Assembly (NCBI GenBank): GCA_951406725.2
Contig: OX597819.1
Location: 112,096,001-112,160,000 of the forward strand
Reading direction: 5' to 3'
DNA from: Octopus vulgaris
Taxonomy: Eukaryota
DNA length: 64,000 bases
Shown here: positions 28,761 to 42,085 of the stretch, piece by piece
Numbering within the stretch: the stretch's first letter is position 1
Layout: every line of letters begins with the position of its first letter
Translations under genes and position numbers: made by a program
Notes under the pieces: generated by a model
What the model was told of the DNA's origin: nothing
Database searches by the model: none
The model's input: only the letters and a program-made list of their open reading frames with translations

Positions 28761-29429
28761 TTAAAAAATAGATTCTATATTTTCCAGCATCCAAGTCAAA
28801 ATTTTTAGAACAATATTTACAAGCAAAAAGCAGTACACCAAGACAACTTTGGAGGACCTAAAAATTTCATGTGAAATGCAGCAAAACACAGAAAGATAGT
28901 GAAGATGTTTCAATGTTTATACAATATACAAAGTCAGCTTGTATATTAGAAAATATAGCAATGCTTTTTTTTTTTAAGAAAAAGATAATAAATAATATTT
29001 GAAAAAGTGGTTTGATTTTAACCCAGCAAAATTTTGGAATTTTGTCATGTGAATGATAACTTCTCCAGTGAAGAACACCACACAAACAAAAGAAAAAAAA
29101 AACAAAAACTGATAAAGTTTCTAAAGAAACAATTATAGGTTTTAAAAAGACCATAAGTGATAATAGATTAGGTTTTTCTTTAACTGTTTCAGTCCTTGGA
29201 CTGTAGCCAATTTGAAGGGCTTAGTCAAACAAATTCACTGTGATACTTATTTTTAAGTCTGGCACATATGCTACTAGTCTCTATTGCCAAACTACTAGGC
29301 CATGGGGACATAAACAAAGCAACACTTGTCATCAAGCAGTGGTGTAATGACAAACACAAAGACACACACACACACATATATATATATGAACAGAGATGAC
29401 ACCAGAAAAAAATAAATACTATGTTTATG

Positions 29430-29720
29430 CTATGTAATTGAACTTCATTAGCTTATAGCTGTTTCTGCTATGAGATATGGTGAACTCTTAGTTGAGTACC
29501 AGGATAACATCCTATAGCTTCATCAGAGCCTTGAATATGAAGTGGACTTTATTTGGAAAAGTTACATTTTCAGAATATACTGTAACTTATATAAATAAAG
29601 TCCACTTCATAGTCAAGACTCTGGTGAGGCTATAGGATATTATCCTGGTACTCAACTAAGAGTTCACCATATCTCATAGCAGAAATGGCTGTAAGCTAAT
29701 GAAGTTCATTACATAACATT
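29430..29720. mobile_element. Inverted pair of Penelope-like pLTR fragments, each with a decayed minimal hammerhead ribozyme
   Basis: Arms ~29435-29567 and ~29582-29715; consensus GGCT-CTGATGA-GGCTAT...ATAGC-A-GAAAC-AGCT-GTA-AGC. Confidence 0.75.
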
Positions 29721-30131
29721 TGTTTTTCCCAGTCTCCTTGTTTCTATTATCACTCTATTCTCGTCTAACATTGCGTTCTGGATCATACGTATATTGAGTT
29801 CTGCACCAAGTCTCAATATGCCTAAGAGAAATATAAATAAATATATATATAAATATACATATAATGGGCTTCAACATAGATTCCACCTACTGAATTTTTT
29901 CACAAGGCATTGGTCAAGTCGATGACAGATTTAGAAAAACAAATGGATAACAGATCTTCTTAAAAAAACAATAAATTATAACAGGTATTAAAAGATAGAT
30001 CTCATCATCATCATCATTTAACATCTGTTTTCCATGCTGGCATGGGTTGGATGGTTTGTATCTATTATCAGGCGATTTGCTGTGTTTGAAAAGACACATC
30101 AAGCTAAGAATAAGTGTGGTTGCCCTTGCAT

Positions 30132-30374
30132 ACAGGCTTGTCCCCTGCAGTCTTCTCTAGCTGAGCATCCTTAAGCTTGCAGGCCCATCCCCTGCAGCCC
30201 TCTCCAACTGAACATCCCTAATCTTGCAGGCCCATTTCCTGCAACCCCCTCCAGCTGAGCATCCCGAACCTTGCAGGCCTGTCCTCTGCAACCCCCTCCA
30301 GCTGAGCATCCCGAACCTTGCAGGCCTGTCCCCTGCAACCCTCTCCAGCTGATCATCCCTAATTTTGCAGGCTT
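30132..30374. repeat. 47-bp GC-rich minisatellite, ~5 copies
   Basis: GCAGGCCTGTCCCCTGCAACCCCCTCCAGCTGAGCATCCCGAACCTT-type units at 30132, 30179, 30226, 30273 and 30320. Confidence 0.92.
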
Positions 30375-32056
30375 GTAAATGCTGGTGCCACATAAAAAAC
30401 ATTCATACTAGTGTTGCATAAAAGCAACCAGTACACTCAGTAAAGTGTTTGGGGTTAGGAAGGGCAAAACAGACATGGAGCCTGAACAGCCGTTCAGTTG
30501 GACAGCTCATATCAAACCCTCCAGCCCATGGAAATGGATATTAAATGATGACAATGATGATGATGATGATGTGAGAGAGAGAGAAAGAGAGAGAAGGAGT
30601 GCTAGGTGTGTCTCTTTTTTCCACTCCACTTGACATTGGTTTGTTTACATTCCACAGTAACTTAGCAGTCTGGCAAAAGAGACCAACAGACTAAATACTA
30701 AACTTAAGAAAAAAGAAGTAGTGCGGTCAGTCTGTTCAAACTAAACCATTTAAGACGGTGCATTAGTATGGCTGCAGACAATGACCGAAACAAGTAAAAG
30801 ATAAAAGGCGATGATAACCGATAATATATTCTAAAAGAAATAGAAAATAGATAATAACTGTTAAAAAAGGTAGATAATAGATTTCTTAAAGGAAATTTAA
30901 AATAGATAACATTTAAAGACACAACAGCAATTACTAACAGGAAAAGATTAAGAGAGAGAGAAAACCAAGAAAGCGATAAAGAATTAATGAAAACTGTGGA
31001 AATGGTAAATGGGAAAACAATGAGGAGACAGAAAATGGGGGAAATAAATGAAAGGAAATAAAAGTTGGTTAATGAGGGAGAGAGGGGGGGTTAATGATGC
31101 AATAAAAAAAAAGAGAAAGAAGAATAAAAGAGAATAATAAAAAGAGAAGAGAGAAAAAAACAGCAATGATAACTATTAAAAGTAACTGCAATAACAACAA
31201 CAACAGTGATAACAACAATTGCCACCCATTTAAAGTTAGAGTGTAATTTAAATATCTCTCAATGTGAGTAATTCATCATCATCATTACTGTTTTAATATC
31301 AGCTTTTCCATGCTTGCAGGGGTCAGACAGAATTTGTTAAGGTAGATTTTCTACAGTTGGATGCCTTTCCTGTTGCTAAACCTCATGTATTTCCAAGCAG
31401 GGTAATATTTTCCCAAGACCAGACATGTTTTCACAGAAGGTTGGACATGAAGGACACTGCTGGTATGAAGGTGGTGCTAAGGCAAGGAGACAGTAAAACA
31501 TACAAACACACACACACACATACACACACACACACATACATGGCAGGCTTCTTTCAGTTTCCATCCCCCAAATCCGTTCACAATATCTTGGTTAGCTCAG
31601 AGTTATAGTTGAGGACACTTGCTCAAGGTACCACACAGTGGGATTGAACCTGAGATCAAGTGACTGAGAAGCATAATTATTACCACACAGCCATACCTAT
31701 TGTAAGTCAGATAAATATATTAAAATCTTATGTCATCCATTTGACAGCCATGCAGACTGAGTGAGGCAAAGATTGTCATATATTTGCAACCAAAAATCAT
31801 AAAACAATTGCTATAGACAAAAACGATGCTCATTACTTTCAAACATCATAAACAATTTTGTTTTTTATGTACCACAGCACAATAAATGAATGGTTATTCT
31901 CACAGCATATCATTAACGTTGCAAATGGCATGTTTTATGCTAACACTAAGCACTAACAGTTTGTATTCCCCTTTCAGTGATACACAAGACAGTACACACA
32001 AGCTGTTTATGACATGCAACATTCACAACAGTCTGGAAAGAGCAAAGAACCATTCC

Positions 32057-32466
32057 TATTTCTTTACTACCTACAAGGGGCTAAACACAGAGAGGACAAA
32101 CAAGGACAGACAAACGGATTAAGTCGATTATATCGACCCCAGTGCATTACTGATACTTATTTAATCGACATCGAAAGGATGAAAGGCAAAGTCAACCTCG
32201 GTGGAATTTGAACTCAGAACGTAACGGCAGACGAAATACCTATTTCTTTACTACCCACAAGGCGCTAAACACACAGGGGACAAACAAGGACAGACAAATG
32301 GATTAAGTCGATTACATCGACCCCAGTGCATAACTGGTACTTAATTTATCAACCCGAAAGGATGAAAGGCAAAGTCGACCTCGGCGGAATTTGAACTCAG
32401 AATGTAACGGCAGACGAAATACCGCTAAGCATTTCGTCCGGCGTGCTAACGCCTCTGCCAGCTCAC
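32057..32466 (-). mobile_element. Young dimeric SINE (family A) with perfect 16-bp TSD
   Basis: AGCAAAGAACCATTCC at 32041-32056 and 32467-32482; CpG-rich body. Confidence 0.92.
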
Positions 32467-32864
32467 AGCAAAGAACCATTCCATGGTATGTTACGGCCTT
32501 GAGCCTATAGATGTAGTTTCTTCTCTTTGTCTTTCTGTACTGCTACAACTATGGTCTCTATGCTGAGTAAGCTAAAAACATTTCTTAACCAAACTAAGTC
32601 AACCTCCAACTCCTCTAAACCATCACCCTCCTTCTAACCACACTACCCCTACAGTAACTCACCACTACATTGATCAACAAATTCTCTTTCTTCTCACCAC
32701 CATAACTACTACGGTTCCCCACAACACTGGTCCACTGATTCTTTTATTTCCTCTCACTACTACCACTTTTATTTCCATCTCCCAACCCCCCACCTACACT
32801 GAACACTTTCACCAATCATTTCTCCACATAACTGCAACCATTGCAGGCCCATTAATTTCAGTTA

Positions 32865-33455
32865 TGGTAGCAAGCTGGCAGAATCATTAGCATGCCGGGC
32901 GAAATGCTTAGCAGTATTTCATCTGTCGCTATGTTCTGAGTTCAAATTCTGCTGAAGTCGACTTTGCCATTCATCCTTTCGGAGTCAATTAAATAAGTAC
33001 CAGTTATGCACTGGGGTTGATATAATCGACTCATTCTGTTTGTCCTTGTTTGTCCTCTCTGTGTTTAGCCCCTTGTGGGTAGTAAAGAAATAAGAATCAT
33101 TAGCATGCCAAGTGAAATGCTTCATGGTATTTTGTCTGGCCTTATTTCGTATTTCGTCTGCTGCTACGTTCTGAGTTCAAATTCCGCCGAGGTCGACTTT
33201 GCCTTTCATCCTTTCGGGGTCGATTAAATAAATACTAGTTACGCACTGGGGTCGATATAATCGGCTTAATCCGTTTGTCTGTCCTTGTTTGTCCTCTCTG
33301 TGTTTAGCCCTTTGTGGTTAGTAAAGAAATAGGTATTCTGTCTGGCCTTATGCACTGAGTTCAAATTCCACTAAAGTCAACTTTGCCTTTTGTTCTTTCA
33401 GTGGCCGATAAAATTAGTACCAGTTGAGTACTGGGGTTGATGTAATCAACTTAAC
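32865..33455 (+). mobile_element. SINE family A, three-unit array
   Basis: Three CTGAGTTCAAATTC...CTTTGCC...CTGGGGT bodies. Further copies at ~43190-43405(-), 55866-56035(+) and 59387-59608(-); related copies at 22155-22355, 24235-24670, 25150-25740, 26290-26460 and 38035-38242. Confidence 0.88.
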
Positions 33456-34860
33456 TAAACCTGGGTAAAAGTATAGAAAAACTTCACTGCCAGGCCATTG
33501 AGCTAGTATGGCAGAGTAGGCTCATCAAACCAGTGTAATCTCAAACTCAAACTCACAGCCTCCACATCAGACTGTGTGGAGAGAACATGTTGAGGCCATT
33601 GTCCTGCAGTGGACTGAACATAGGCAGTTTAATCTAATCTAATTTCACTTAAACAACAAGAAAAGGTATTGTTGTATGATTAAAAAGTTTGCTGAGTAAT
33701 TAGATTTGAACCTGCAGAGATTAGATTTGAACCTGCAGCACAACACAGCACAACACATTCTGAGTGAAATTTGGTATAGAAGTTCATCTAAGGGACTTCT
33801 CCTTTCTTAGGCTTTTGGCATAATTACATAGCTGCCTATTTCTTCCACCTAATCCCCGAGTAGTTTTTATATATACATATCTATCTCCCTATTGAATAAT
33901 GTATATATCAGCTTACTTCAAAAACTTCTCTTTCTACTTCTTTATGTATCTTTCTCTTTATCAACTTATCTCCCTCCTTACCAATATTTCTACTTATCTA
34001 TCAACTTACATCACACCTTATCACCTTTCCTCTCTCTCTCTCTTTACATACACACTCATGTACGTGTGTACAAATATATACATATATACAGAGAGACACA
34101 TATAATCATATATACACATATGCATATGTACATATATTTCTCTTTCTATATATTTCTTTTTCTATTTATCCATCTATCTGCCTTCCAATTTGTCTATCTA
34201 TCAATCTAATCTTCTAACAACATTCTATCTTTCATTCCATCTATGTGTCTGTCTGTCGACTTCACACTTGGCCCTTCTCTCTCTCTCTCTCTCTCCCTTC
34301 TCTAACTCTCTCTCTCTCTCTCTCCCTTCTCTAACTCTCTCTCTCTCTCCGTCTATTGATTCCGCTATCCTTGAACTTTATTAGCCATTAGTTAATATTC
34401 CATCTGTAAGTGCAGAGAGAATCTAAAATTATATTGTTCTAAAAATACAAGGAGATTATATTGGAGTTTCTTAGATTTGACTTTGTCACAGGAATTGTAT
34501 CTTATGTGCACATGTATGAGTGTATTTGTCTGTCGCTATCTTTTTTCTATATAACAAACAAACACACACACACATTTATATACAAAACATATGCAGGTAA
34601 TATATGTGTGACTGTATTTACAGGAAAAATACAAAACAATTTCTCTCTCTCCTTCTTTCTGTCTATTTACATATGTCCACACACACATACAGACACATGG
34701 GTGCAGGCATGGCTGTGTGTACCTTGGGTAAATATCTTCTACTAAACTATTGAGCCAAACAGAAGCCTTGTGAGTGGATTTGGTAGACAGAAACTGTAAA
34801 GAAGCCCATAGTATGTGTGTGTGTGTGTGTATGTATATATATATATTACTGTTTTTACCG

Positions 34861-34894
<34 letters not shown>

Positions 34895-34896
<2 letters not shown>

Positions 34897-35356
34897 ATAT
34901 AGTCGTTGGTTATGGCCAGTCAGAGAGTTACCATTGATATCTTAGTAATATAGGTGACTTACCAGACCAGATAGCCAGAGGCACATAACCTCTCTACTTC
35001 CGGAGGTAGGAATACAGTCTTTATCAGTCAGGGTTGAGACAAAACTCAGGAAAAGAAATTCTACGAGTGATATCTCTTCTGAGTGAGACTAGCAAATGGA
35101 AATAATGCAAGTATTGATCCCTTACAGGCTCAAGCAGAACCAATCGAAGGGAGATTACTCCTCTTCTCACTCGGAAGGGATGTCACTAAGGAGAATTTCA
35201 TTTCAGGGTTCTTTTTTTTTTTTCACAACCCTGACTGACCAAGACTGTATTCCTACCTCCAGTAATAGAGAGGTTATGTGCCTCCAGCCAGCAGGTCAGA
35301 CAAGTTGCTTATATTGCTAAGAACTCTCTGACTGGGCATGACCAACAACTATATTA
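34895..35356. repeat. Foldback element: ~200-bp imperfect inverted arms with ~70-bp spacer, next to (TA)n
   Basis: TAATATAGTCGTTGGTTATGGCCAGTCAGAGAGTT vs AACTCTCTGACTGGGCATGACCAACAACTATATTA; GAGGTAGGAATACAGTCTT vs AAGACTGTATTCCTACCTC. Confidence 0.85.
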
Positions 35357-36176
35357 ACTATTACTGCTCAAGAGAAATTAGAGATTTTTTTTTTCAAACT
35401 TTCGAACAACTGACCAATATATATATATGTATATAGGGGAAGAATTTACAAAAAACGAAAGACGAAGACAGGTGGTGTAGACAACAAACAGATGTATTAG
35501 TATAATGCTCGGGAAGTGAAAAAGTCTTCAATATTTCAAGCCTATGCTCTTCCACACACAAACACACACACACACATATATATATACATATATATATATG
35601 AGTGAACAGATAAATGAACGAAGGGCACTCAACACATTTATTGGGAGTTACATGCTTGGATCAAAACAGTTTGATTCAAATTTGTTGGTACTCCGAGTCT
35701 CAAGCATGATGCTAATCTTCAGCCATTGAGAATGTGTGTATAGATATACACAGAGATACACATATACATATGCATAACTATCAAACATAAAAAATTATCA
35801 CCACCATCATCGTTTAACGTTTGTTTTTCATGCTGGATGATTAAACAGGATCTGGTAAACCAGAGGACTCTGCTTTGGCATAATGTCTATTGCTGGATGC
35901 CCTTCCTAATACCATCCAATTTACAGAGCATACTAGGTACTTTTTATGTGGCACCAGCATTGACAGGGTCACCATGTAACTTGCAAGACAAAGACCCCTC
36001 AATAAAGAGAGGGAATAGTATTGAGGAAAGAGGCTTCCTAGTAGTGGGTAGGTTAGAATATAATAGAGGGGTAGTGAACAGGTATCTTGCTACAGAAGAG
36101 ACACATGGCTATGCCAGTTGGAAAAGAAAGGAGAGAAAAGAGAGAGATGGGATTAAAGAGAAAGATAGAGAGACAG

Positions 36177-36233
<57 letters not shown>

Positions 36234-36335
36234 GAGAAAGATGCTGGTGGATATGTGTTGGGACATACACCCAGGGTACAGTGTGGATGAATATAGGTAA
36301 ACAATAAAATTCATTTATCCAATTTCCAACATAGG

Positions 36336-36745
36336 CATAGGAGTGGCTGTGTGGTAAGTAGCTTGCTTACCAACCACATGGTTCCAGGTTCAGTCCCACT
36401 GCATGGCACCTTGGGCAAGTGTCTTCTACTATAGCCTTGGGCTGACCAAAGCCTTGTGAGTGGATTTGGTAGACGGAAACTGAAAGAAGCCCATCGTATA
36501 TATGTATATATATATATATGTATGTGTTTGTGTGTGTGTGTTTGCGTGTCTGTGTTTGTCCCCCTCCAACATTGCTTGACAACTGATGCTGGTGTGTTTA
36601 CGTCTCCATAACTTAGCGGTTCAGCAAAAGAGACCGATAGAATAAATACTAGGCTTACAAAGAATAAGTCCTGGGGTCGATTTGGTTGACTAAAGGCGGT
36701 GCTCCAGCATGGCCACAGTCAAATGACTGAAACAAGTAAAAGAGT
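36336..36745 (+). mobile_element. tRNA-derived SINE, family B (internal microsatellite)
   Basis: GGAGTGGCTGTGTGGTAAG...GGTTCAGTCCC...GTGGATTTGGTAGACGGAAACTGAAAGAAGCC...AATGACTGAAACAAGTAAAAG. Other copies at ~17230-17620(+), 44740-45250(+), 53395-53790(-), 62485-62830(+) and 62910-63350(+). Confidence 0.88.
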
Positions 36746-37336
36746 CTGGCAGACGAAATTGACTATTCTGTGTGTGCGTGTGCACGCGTGTATGTATGTG
36801 TGTGCGTGCATGCATATGTGAGTGTGTGCGTGAGTGTGAGTGAGAGGTGGGAGAAGAGACAGAGAGAGAAACCAATATTTGTTGATTTTTTCCCAAGTGC
36901 TATCACTGGACACAAATGTTTCTCCATCCTTGTTTACATTCCTGTTGGAGAGAAGAGTAGCCAGCATCCAAATGTTTTGTAATTGTCTATATCTGAATGC
37001 ATATTGTCCCTCCATTAGTGAAACTATGCTCCAGTGTGAATAAGAGTAAGAAATTTCTGAAAGGTGTGAAAAGAAAGCATAGAACCTTCACACTGCATCT
37101 GGAAATCTAAATTATACAGTATTTGGAAAGAATCCTGTTGCACATGAGCATAACATTGATTCTTCAACAATTAATGATATGCAAAAACAGGACAAGTTAA
37201 TACCAGTTTATGGCAGAATGAGATTATATGTGAGAGAGAGAGCGTATGTGTGTATGCATGTGTGTGTGGCTGAGAAGTTTGTTTTCCATCCACATGGTTT
37301 CAGGTTCGATCCCATTATACAGCACCTGCTGATTAA

Positions 37337-37557
37337 CCCTTTAGCATTTAAACTGGCCATATCTGGCCAAAAGTATTCTGCCTGTTTTATGTTCAAAATG
37401 GCCAGATCTGGCCTCTCACACCAACCCTACAATATCGTTTTAAAAATTAACAGCTACCACATCAAAATCTCATAGCTACAAGATAATGCATGATTAGTTC
37501 AAAACAATGTGGATAAAAAAGGATTAATTTTGGCAGAATAATGCGAACACTAAAGGG
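37337..37557. mobile_element. piggyBac-type MITE inserted in a family B SINE; second copy at 63842-64000 (cut by window end)
   Basis: TTAA|CCCTTTAG...CTAAAGGG|CTAA; near-identical sequence at the window end. Confidence 0.85.
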
Positions 37558-40500
37558 CTAAAGCCTTATCTGTTGATTCGATATACTGAAACTGAAAGAA
37601 AGCCATCAAATATAGCTACACACACTGTCATCACCATTTAATGGTTGGGCAGTAGCCAGTGAGGTTTGTTGACATTTCCTACCAACAAATCATCTGGTAG
37701 CCCTGCAATTTCAAAATCTACTGTGATAAAAATATCCCTTACTTGATAAAACAGGTATGGATTGGCAACAGGTAAAGCATCTGGGCCACAATAATATTGT
37801 CTCATTTATCTCCTGTCCAAGCCATTTTAGCATGGAGAATCAGGTGTTATATGAAATAAACAAATGCATATATCATCATTATTATATCCAATTTCTATGC
37901 TTACACAGGTCAGATAGAGTTTATTGAAGCATATTTTTTATAGCTGGATGTCCTTCCTGTTTCCAACCTTCACCTGTTTCCAAGCAAGGTAATATTTCCC
38001 CATGGCCAAACATATTTTCCCAGAATATTCTTTTCTATTCTAGGCACAAGGCCTGAAATTTTTGGGGAGGGTGACAGTTGACTAGATCAACCCCAGTACA
38101 CAACTGGTACTTAATTTACTGATCCCAAAAGAATGAAAGGCAAAGTTGACCTTGGTGGAATTTGAACTCAGAATGTAACAACAGACAAAATACCGCAAAG
38201 CATTTCACCCAGCATGCTAATGTTTCTGCCGGCTTGCTGCCATTTCACAGAATATTGGAAATGAATAACATTCATTTACAACAACCAAGTGATGTCGAGA
38301 CAAGAAGACAATACACATACATACATACCTACATACATACATACATACATACATACATACATACATGTTTGTCTGTCTGTATGTGTGCATGCAAGCATGC
38401 ATGTACATAACAGGCTTCTTTCAGTTTCTTTCTACCAAATCCGCTTACATGGCTTTGGTCAGCTCAGCAATGGTAGAAGACACTCAAGATGCCATGTGCT
38501 ATGCAGCGGGACTGAACATGAAACCATATAATCAGGAGGCAAACTTCTTAACAACACAGCCACACCTGTGTGTGTGTGTGTATACATTTGAGTTAGGAAG
38601 AGATGTACAGAACAGTTACAAAACTCTTCAATTAAACTATCTGTCTAGAAGAAATAAATCAGAATTGGTTCAAATCAATGAAGTGGTTTGAATGAGCCAT
38701 GAAAAGATAGATTAAGTGTCAAACAAAATACAGGTGATGAGGTAATAAATATGTTGAGCGCCAGATTAAGCCCAAGCAGAATTTCGGTTCATTCCTTCAT
38801 GTTATTTGTTCAACTCCTACCAAGGCTGTTTTGGCCTTTTATGCCCATGGAGTTGATGAAATAAACACCAGACATGTATTGGGCCTCATGCAACTGAATG
38901 TATCTCAATGTTAGCAAGATTGAGGCCACTAGGATTGCTTTTTTTTGAAAAATTCCAAGAGCAAAATTGGTAAGAGATTCATCAACAGAGAGAACAACTT
39001 TAGTATTACTAATAAAAAAATTTGATGTAACATTAGGTGCAGCAGAAAGGTTCCTTAAATATAACACAAGACCAAGGTCATCATTAATCATAATCACCTT
39101 GACATTATTATCTTAGGCCTCAGGACTCATAGTACCAGTAACCCAGTTTCTATGGCATATAAATAACCAAGATCACAACATGAACTAATTTAACTGGAGT
39201 AATGTGAAATGAAGTATATTTTACTCAAGACTACAGTGCACCATCTATCATCATCATTTAATGCCCATTTGCCATGCTGGCATGGGTTGGACAGTTTGAT
39301 AGGAACTGGCAAGCCAGAGAGTTGCTCCGGGCTCCAGTTGTCAGTTTTGGCATGGTTTCTATGGTTGGATGCACTTCCTAATGCTAACCACCTTTCATAG
39401 TGTACCAGGTGCTTTTTACAAGGCACCAGCATCAGTACTTTATATGATCTTGCAATTGTGAATGCAACACACAAGCCACTAGGCCACATGCCTTCATTCA
39501 TCATATCTAAGGTGGTCAAATATTCAACTTCTTGGAGACTTCACATATTCTAGTCAGTGTGAGCACTGTACAATTGGTGGGTGTTTTGTGAAGTCTGTAG
39601 TCATGAGTAAATGAATCATGAAACCGATGAATTCTGGAAGAAAGAGATCTAATGTAGTAATTACAGCAGCAGCAGAAACAACACCAATAATAACAAGAAC
39701 AAGAATAACACAAGCCAATAAAGTATTCTCTGTATAGTCATTGAACCTGCAAGAAATAGCAGCCTAATCTTCCTAGCTCTTTTGTATAGAAACAGTTGGA
39801 AGAGACGGTGGACAATGTAGCTGTAGATATTTCTGAAAAGGTGGGATGGTCATGGCTGGAACACCTTTGATCATAGGTCTGATCAATCAAAGTTAACCTA
39901 AAGCTAAGTGTCAACGAAATTATAAAAATAACAGGATCAGCAAGAACAACAATGCAAACACCACCATCACCAACACCACCACAACCAACAAGAACATTAA
40001 CACCAACATCAACAACAACCACTCACAATTCAAAAACCGGTAACATCAACAACAGCAAAAAAAAAAAAAATCAACAAAAATACCACCATCAACACCACCA
40101 CCACCAACAACAATAACAACAACAACATGCTGCTACATGAAATCCTTTCCTGGCACCATGTCAAGAAGTTATCTGTTTAATGAGTTGATCTGTTCAGTTT
40201 TAAGGTTTAAAGTAAATCTCACTAACGGCTGCTGTTGTTACAACTTGCTGTTAAGATGGAGAGATTATCAACACATGACTTAGTAGTTTTCAGAATTAAC
40301 AGATAATAAACAACACTCACAGCTTATAAACAGATATAAAAGGTGTAGTATAGAGAAAGAGAGAGTGAGAGAGAGAGAGAGGAAGAAGCTATAAAACACA
40401 TTGAGATAGTGTGGTGGTTAGATCCTCTTCACAGAGGTAGAAAGAGGAGGAAAGCAAGGCAGAAAAAGAAAGTACAATGTTGATAGAATGATAAAATGAA

Positions 40501-40569
40501 GCACAAATCAAGCACTGGGGTCAATTTAATAAAATTATCCATCCCTCTAAATTTCTGGCCTTGTGCCAG

Positions 40570-41065
40570 AAATGGCACATAAAAAGCACCAATCTAATCG
40601 TAGTCGTTGCCAGCTTCGTCTGGCACCTGTGCCGGTGGCACGTAAAAAGCACCCACTACACTCACAGAGTGGTTGGCGTTAGGAAGAGCATCCAGCTGTA
40701 GAAACACTGTCAGATCAGACTAGAGCCTGGTGCAGCCTTCTGGCTTCCCAGATCCTGGTCAAACCACCCAACCCATGCTAGTATGGAGAACGGACGTTAA
40801 ACGATGATGATGATGATGTGCCTATATTAAAAACTATTATTATTGGTGCCATGCAAAAAGCATTGATGCTGGTGCCATGTGAAAAGCACTGGTGCTGGTA
40901 TCACATAAAAAGCACCCAGTACACACTGTAAAGTGGTTGGTGTTAGGAAGGACATCCAGCTGTAGAAACCATGCTGTAACAAGCAATGAAGCCTAGGGCA
41001 GCTCCTGTCAAGCCATCCAACCCATGCCAGCATGGAAAACGGATGTTAAGCAATGATGATGACAA
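40570..41065 (+). mobile_element. Two RTE-tail repeats (family C, ending GTTAAACGATGATGAT)
   Basis: GGTTGGCGTTAGGAAG..CATCCAGCTGTAGAAAC..CCCATGC..ATGGA. Other copies at ~15330-15585(+), 26555-26690(-), 39245-39430(-), 50120-50270(+), 50325-50600(-), 56400-56622(+) and 60178-60396(-). Confidence 0.85.
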
Positions 41066-41129
41066 TATGAATTCATGATGATGATAATGAATTTCTTATA
41101 ACAATTACACACTATATTAGCAGGAATAT

Positions 41130-41980
41130 TGTCATGAGATTTGGTGACAGCAAGTCTCCTCAAATCTTAAGAGTATTTTCTGCAGGTTCAAGAATGTAAG
41201 TCTCAGTTCCAAATTCCTTCAGTCTTTCAGGTGGCAATTTGAGTGTTGTACTAAGTGCATCAATTACCATAGGAATATTGTGGTCTTAGTTTTCCAGTCT
41301 CTTCATCTCTCTGCTAAGGTTCTCATATTTCTCGTTTTTTTCCCAATTTCTTTGGTATCTACTCTGTTATCATATGGTATTGCAAAGTCTATGATCTTAC
41401 AATGTTTGTTTCTTTTTTCCTCTATAATCATATCTGGTTTTCTTGCTTCAGTTTTTATGGGGAAGTTCTATGAAGTATTGTAATTCTTATTCTCTATCAC
41501 AAGTAGTTCATACTATTTTCCTGTTATTGTGAATCTACACACTCAGCTAACATTCTCAAGGACACTTTTATCTACACAGTCATGCTTGCACTTATACCCT
41601 TGCTGATGATTAAAACTTTCATCTCCTTTCCCACAGATTTTGTATTTGCTGTCTGGATTTTATTAATATTTGCTTTTATCAAATTTGTTCAAATGGTCTG
41701 TTTCTGAGTGATTATAATTAGCAATTTCATTTCTCATTTTTATCATCATCATATTATTATTATCATTATCTCTTTACTACAGGTTTTATTGGAGGTCCTG
41801 GAGTCTTGCATGTGTAGTGGGATTACTATCTGCAGCCAACGGTACGATGCTATTCATTCTTTTCAGCTATCTAATACTTTCTGGATTATTCTGGCCATGC
41901 CAAAGAATCAAACCTTTAATAACAGTTCTATTGGGCACTCCATTCCACTTCCCTTTATATTCCACTTGATGCCTTCTGTT
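41130..41980 (-). mobile_element. R4/Dong-like LINE 3' fragments (RLE C-terminal region)
   Basis: Minus-strand PMVIDALSTT..ERLKEFG resembles the PIVIGALG motif; adjacent to (TAA)n runs. Confidence 0.6.
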
Positions 41981-42030
41981 TATTATTATTATTATTATTA
42001 CTATTATTATTATTATTATTATTATTATTA

Positions 42031-42070
<40 letters not shown>

Positions 42071-42085
42071 CATCATCATCATCAA
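41980..42085. repeat. (TAT)n/(CAT)n trinucleotide microsatellite
   Basis: Directly visible. Confidence 0.95.

Noticed and set aside
30132-30374. Regularly spaced repeats resembling a CRISPR array
   Set aside because: Contiguous 47-bp tandem units with no unique spacers, no cas genes and a eukaryotic context.
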